DNA of 64,000 bases, from assembly GCF_000181795.1 (NCBI RefSeq), contig NW_003526945.1, positions 1,488,796 through 1,552,795 on the forward strand, given 5' to 3'. Positions 60,201 to 64,000 of the stretch are shown here, piece by piece. How positions within the stretch are numbered: the first letter of the stretch is position 1; each line of letters starts with the position of its first letter. Made by a program: the position numbers and the translations under genes. The notes beneath the pieces were generated by a model. It searched no databases and was not told where the DNA came from. It saw only the letters and a program-made list of their open reading frames with translations. The stretch is from Trichinella spiralis (taxonomy: Eukaryota).

Positions 60201-62659
60201 GCAGTTAGTTTTTTTTTCTTTTTATGGTAAATTTGGATAACATAAGCTTTGTTGGTATACATCATTATTGTGTCTACATTCAATATTCAAAATGGTTGTT
60301 TATCAGTCAGTGTTAAGTTTGTCATGTGATAATTTCAGTTTAATAGAATAGAAAGTTCCAATTTCTGCCCTCGCATATTTTGATCATCAGGCATAGGCGT
60401 TAATGGAGTCCATCGGGTAAATTGATGTTACACCACTGATGATGAATCCATTTGGAAAAATATCCTTGGAAAGCTGAACACTGCTGCGCTAGCGAGCGAG
60501 CGCACACACACACACAGCATATCTCGGTTGTTTGCAGAGTTCCGGTTGCACAGAATTAGCGCACATTTAGAGAAAAGTGCTTGCTTGTTTAATTAATCAA
60601 CTCTGGGCTGAATTATTGTCATTGTTGGTCGACCGTCGGTCGATTGATAGAGTAATTGATGCAAATTGATTGCAAGGCGACAGGTGCTCGTTTCTGTGAA
60701 CATGAACCTGCAACTGAATATTGAAAAGGGAAAATGGATTTCAGGCTAAATAAATAAATGTAAATTCGAAAATAACAATCATTAAAAACCTCTGACTAGC
60801 TCTTTTTATCACTTTACGATCGTGTTTTTCGCATTAATTTTATTCATCTAGTCATTTTTCTATTCACATCTGACCTTTTATACTTGAAAATTGTTTGCTA
60901 TCTTTCCCCAAACTAATTGTGCTTTAGCTGCTAGCTGTGTAGATTCCATTTTCTTTTGGTTACGTTAGACAAATTTAAGAATGAAATGTGAAAAAAGAAG
61001 TAGACCGAGTTTATTCTGTTTTGAAAATACTTTAAAATATTTATTTATTTATTTGTATTTGATTTGATTTAATTTGATTTGATGTGATTGATAAATTTTA
61101 GCAGTATTTGGTTTTGCGAAAAATGTCACGACCCAATGTGACTGAAGTTGTCGGAAGACTTAGTAAGTTGTTACTGATTGATTTGTAAATAGAATTATCA
61201 TTTTTGTGCAAAATCTGTTCTTGACAGCCGTGTAATGAAAAATATTTTAGATACTGATGAGAGACCGTTGACGAAAATTTTGTCAATGTTCAGTTGTTTC
61301 GATTTGATGCCAAAACAAGGATTAATTGTCAGTCTTGATACCAATTTGACAGTAAGTGGTGATGAAAAGTTAAAATAAGTGTTCATATTTCGTTTTTAAA
61401 ATTTGATTCATTTGTTCACTGGCTTTTCGTACTTATTCGATGTTTGAATGATGGCAGATTCATCAAACGTTGGTTGCAATGTTGGGCAGCGGTGCGTTGT
61501 CTGCGTTGATTTGGGACTCTGATCGCCATTCTAACGTTGGTGTGATGACGTTGACCAATTTGCTGGGTGTCATGTTGAACAATAACGACGATTATCGTTG
61601 TTGGCTTGATCGCTCGTTGAAGTCGTGGATGTCTGATCCGGTGAAAAGTGCTTATTGTCCAAATCTGGATGCTATGGTTACTCTTCACTCGAATGCCAAG
61701 TACGTGTTTCTTGTACTTTGTTTTTGCAACCGATCTTCGAAGTTTCTCTCTTGTAAATTTCGTTGATTTCGCGTTCATGTACTCATGTCGTTGCTCATGT
61801 TGTTTTTTATTATTATTTTTTTCTTTTCTAGACTGATCGAAGCCATCACTCTGTTGAGTTCATCGCGTTTGCATAGAATTCCAATTACTGACACGTATTC
61901 GGGAAATTTCATGTACATGCTATCCATGTGGAGCATCTTGAAATTTCTGCATCAATACGTACGTTGTGCAAAGTTGTGTCATTTGCTGCCGCTACTGCAC
62001 ACAGTTGTGCAGGAGTAGTTTTTTGTTCTCTGTTTCAGTTGATTCGACCGAGAGTGCTAATTGGAGGAGAGAACGTGTGGAACAAATTTAAATTTTGTCT
62101 GTTTGATTTTAGCTCTCCACCCTGCCGCTTCCTCAGGATATGTACAAGCCGTTGGATCATTTTAAATTTGGAACCTGGGAAAATGTGCATCGTGCCAAAG
62201 GTGAAGATACGGTTAGCGACGTGTTGCATGTGCTGCTCAACAATCGCATATCTTGTCTGCCGGTTGTGCAAGTCAACGAAGCTGAAGAAGAAACGGTGCT
62301 GAATATAATTACAAAAGTGGATATTGTGAACTATTTGGTCAAGTTCGGTTGGAAAAATCTGCGAGAGTTGACCGTCAACGACATTGTCAATTGCCGATCA
62401 TCGGTAAGCTGAAACACACACTGATCACAACTTTTAATATATGTATATTTTTATCTTGCTAATTATTTGTTATTTTAACTTTAAGACAGTCGAAGGAATG
62501 GTAACGTGTCATCGCAGTGTGCCTTTGCTGCTTGTCATTGACCTCTTCGTGCGACAGTCTGCTCATCGTTTGATTATAGTCGATTCGATGAAACATCTCG
62601 TTGGTGTTATCTCCATTGCCGATTTGTTGTTTTCGCTCATTTACGTTTTGAAAATTTGA
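57276..62659 (+). CDS. Divergent AMP-activated protein kinase gamma subunit (four CBS domains) with a long N-terminal extension; the 3' end may continue to about 63189
   Basis: SCFDLMPKQGLIVSLDTNLT|IHQTLVAMLGSGALSALIWDSDRHSNVGVMTLTNLL (CBS1), RLHRIPITDTYSGNFMYMLS..ILKFL (CBS2), FGTWENV..NNRISCLPVV..ITKVDIVN (CBS3), VTCHRS..AHRLIIVD..GVISIADLL (CBS4). Upstream exons 57276-57464 and 59636-60076 join in phase 0. Confidence 0.85.
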
Positions 62660-64000
62660 TAATCAACCAGTTCAATGACTGTTTTTTCTTCATTATCTCA
62701 TTTATGTGGTCATTACTTTTTAGCCTCCTCCTCCATTTGCCGCCTTTTCTCTCCCATCCAGTTCTCCAAGTTGCTTGCCTGCATGCTGCTTTCACCGTTA
62801 GAGAAAAGTCGGAAAAACGTTTAAAAAAAGCAAAACTACAACAAGTTGAACGACACTGGTTTTTGTTGTCATCCCGTTGAATTGTTATTATCTCTGTTGC
62901 AGTTCAGGAAAGCAGTTGTTGTCCAATTATTATTCCTGAAGCTGTTTTGTTTTGCTCTGAATTTTACTTCGTTAGCCTCGAGCAATGAGCTGATGATGGA
63001 TGTTATGGCGAATTTGAATATGCGAACCGAAAATTTGTACTTTGATCGGCATCAGTTGAAGGTCCGTTGTGTTTGTTCTTTGAAATAAATTTCTCCCAAC
63101 TAATGTGGGTGTTGCTGAGGAAAATTTCCCCCCTTCTCCCTCCCCCCCCCTACCCATCCTCCTGCTACCATTTTACATTTCAGTCGTAATTTTGCGTCAT
63201 ATTTATTCTGAATGCCCACAGGCGAATTTGCCGAGAAGATAAAAGATTTTTATAATTTGTCACACGCCCGTCGCAAATTATAAAAAATGCACAAACTTTT
63301 GAAAGTTCAAATGACAAAGAAAATGGTAAGCGTGGAATGGTTTGCGTGAATGATTATTTAATTCAACAAGCTTTTTCCAAAAGGCTGTGGTACATGCGAT
63401 GTATAGCCGTTCCAGAATTTAAATTTCATAAACTGTCTAACTGTAGCAGTAATTCCATTTGAAAAGGTGCATTTTTATTTCAGACTAATTTGCTCTTTTT
63501 GCAATCAGTGCATACACCGATTGCATCACAGAATAATTTTAGCACATGCCTGAAATTGAAAAAAAAGAAGTGACAAATTTTTAATTTACTTATTTACAAG
63601 CATTTTATTTCAGTTCAGCTATTATAAATAGTAATTTATCTTTAGAATAAATTAAGATAATTAAGCAGATAGCAGTTCAAAAAATAGTTTTTTTACAGTA
63701 AGCAGTATTATAAGATATTATTAATGAAAACATTACGTTATATTTATTAAATTTAAATTCTTTTTAATTGACAATTTTTTGACCCGCATTATTTGTAAAA
63801 TAAGAAACAAGAAACATATATAAAATAAAAACTTGATTATCATTAACTTACATTATGTACAGTAATGTTTGTTTTTGTTCTGTCCGGTTGTTTTGCTCTG
63901 AAAGAGAATTTTCAATATTGAGTGAGCAAGCAGTTCATCGAATGTGAATAATGTTACAATAAGAGGATTTTCTAATGTTTCTACAGCCGTCCTGCATGAG

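Noticed and set aside
63030..63055. ENLYF resembling a TEV protease site
   Set aside because: It is followed by D rather than Q, so it is a chance match with no vector context.

Overview
This is AT-rich eukaryotic DNA with many short (mostly ~50-90 nt) GT-AG introns and microsatellites. Gene style suggests a nematode, plausibly clade I such as Trichinella (inference only). Gene order: glycine decarboxylase P-protein (+, 5' end outside the window); Warts/LATS kinase (-); a large dystrophin (+); a MEC-12-like alpha-tubulin (-); an orphan gene with an internal repeat (-); an LCAT/PLA2G15-like lipase (+); TMEM147 (+); a weak lineage-specific ORF (-); and a divergent AMPK gamma subunit (+). No rRNA, tRNA or CRISPR was seen, and no wholly new multi-gene system can be supported. 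The best oddities are: (1) the dystrophin has no visible actin-binding head and has several candidate internal first exons; (2) a 558-bp non-autonomous hAT/Buster element with an 8-bp TSD and a transposase remnant sits in a dystrophin intron; (3) the alpha-tubulin carries a natural K40R; (4) the AMPK gamma has altered nucleotide-binding residues; (5) several splice sites are non-canonical (GC donors, GAG acceptors). Exon joins were read by eye and protein comparisons are from memory, not from database searches.
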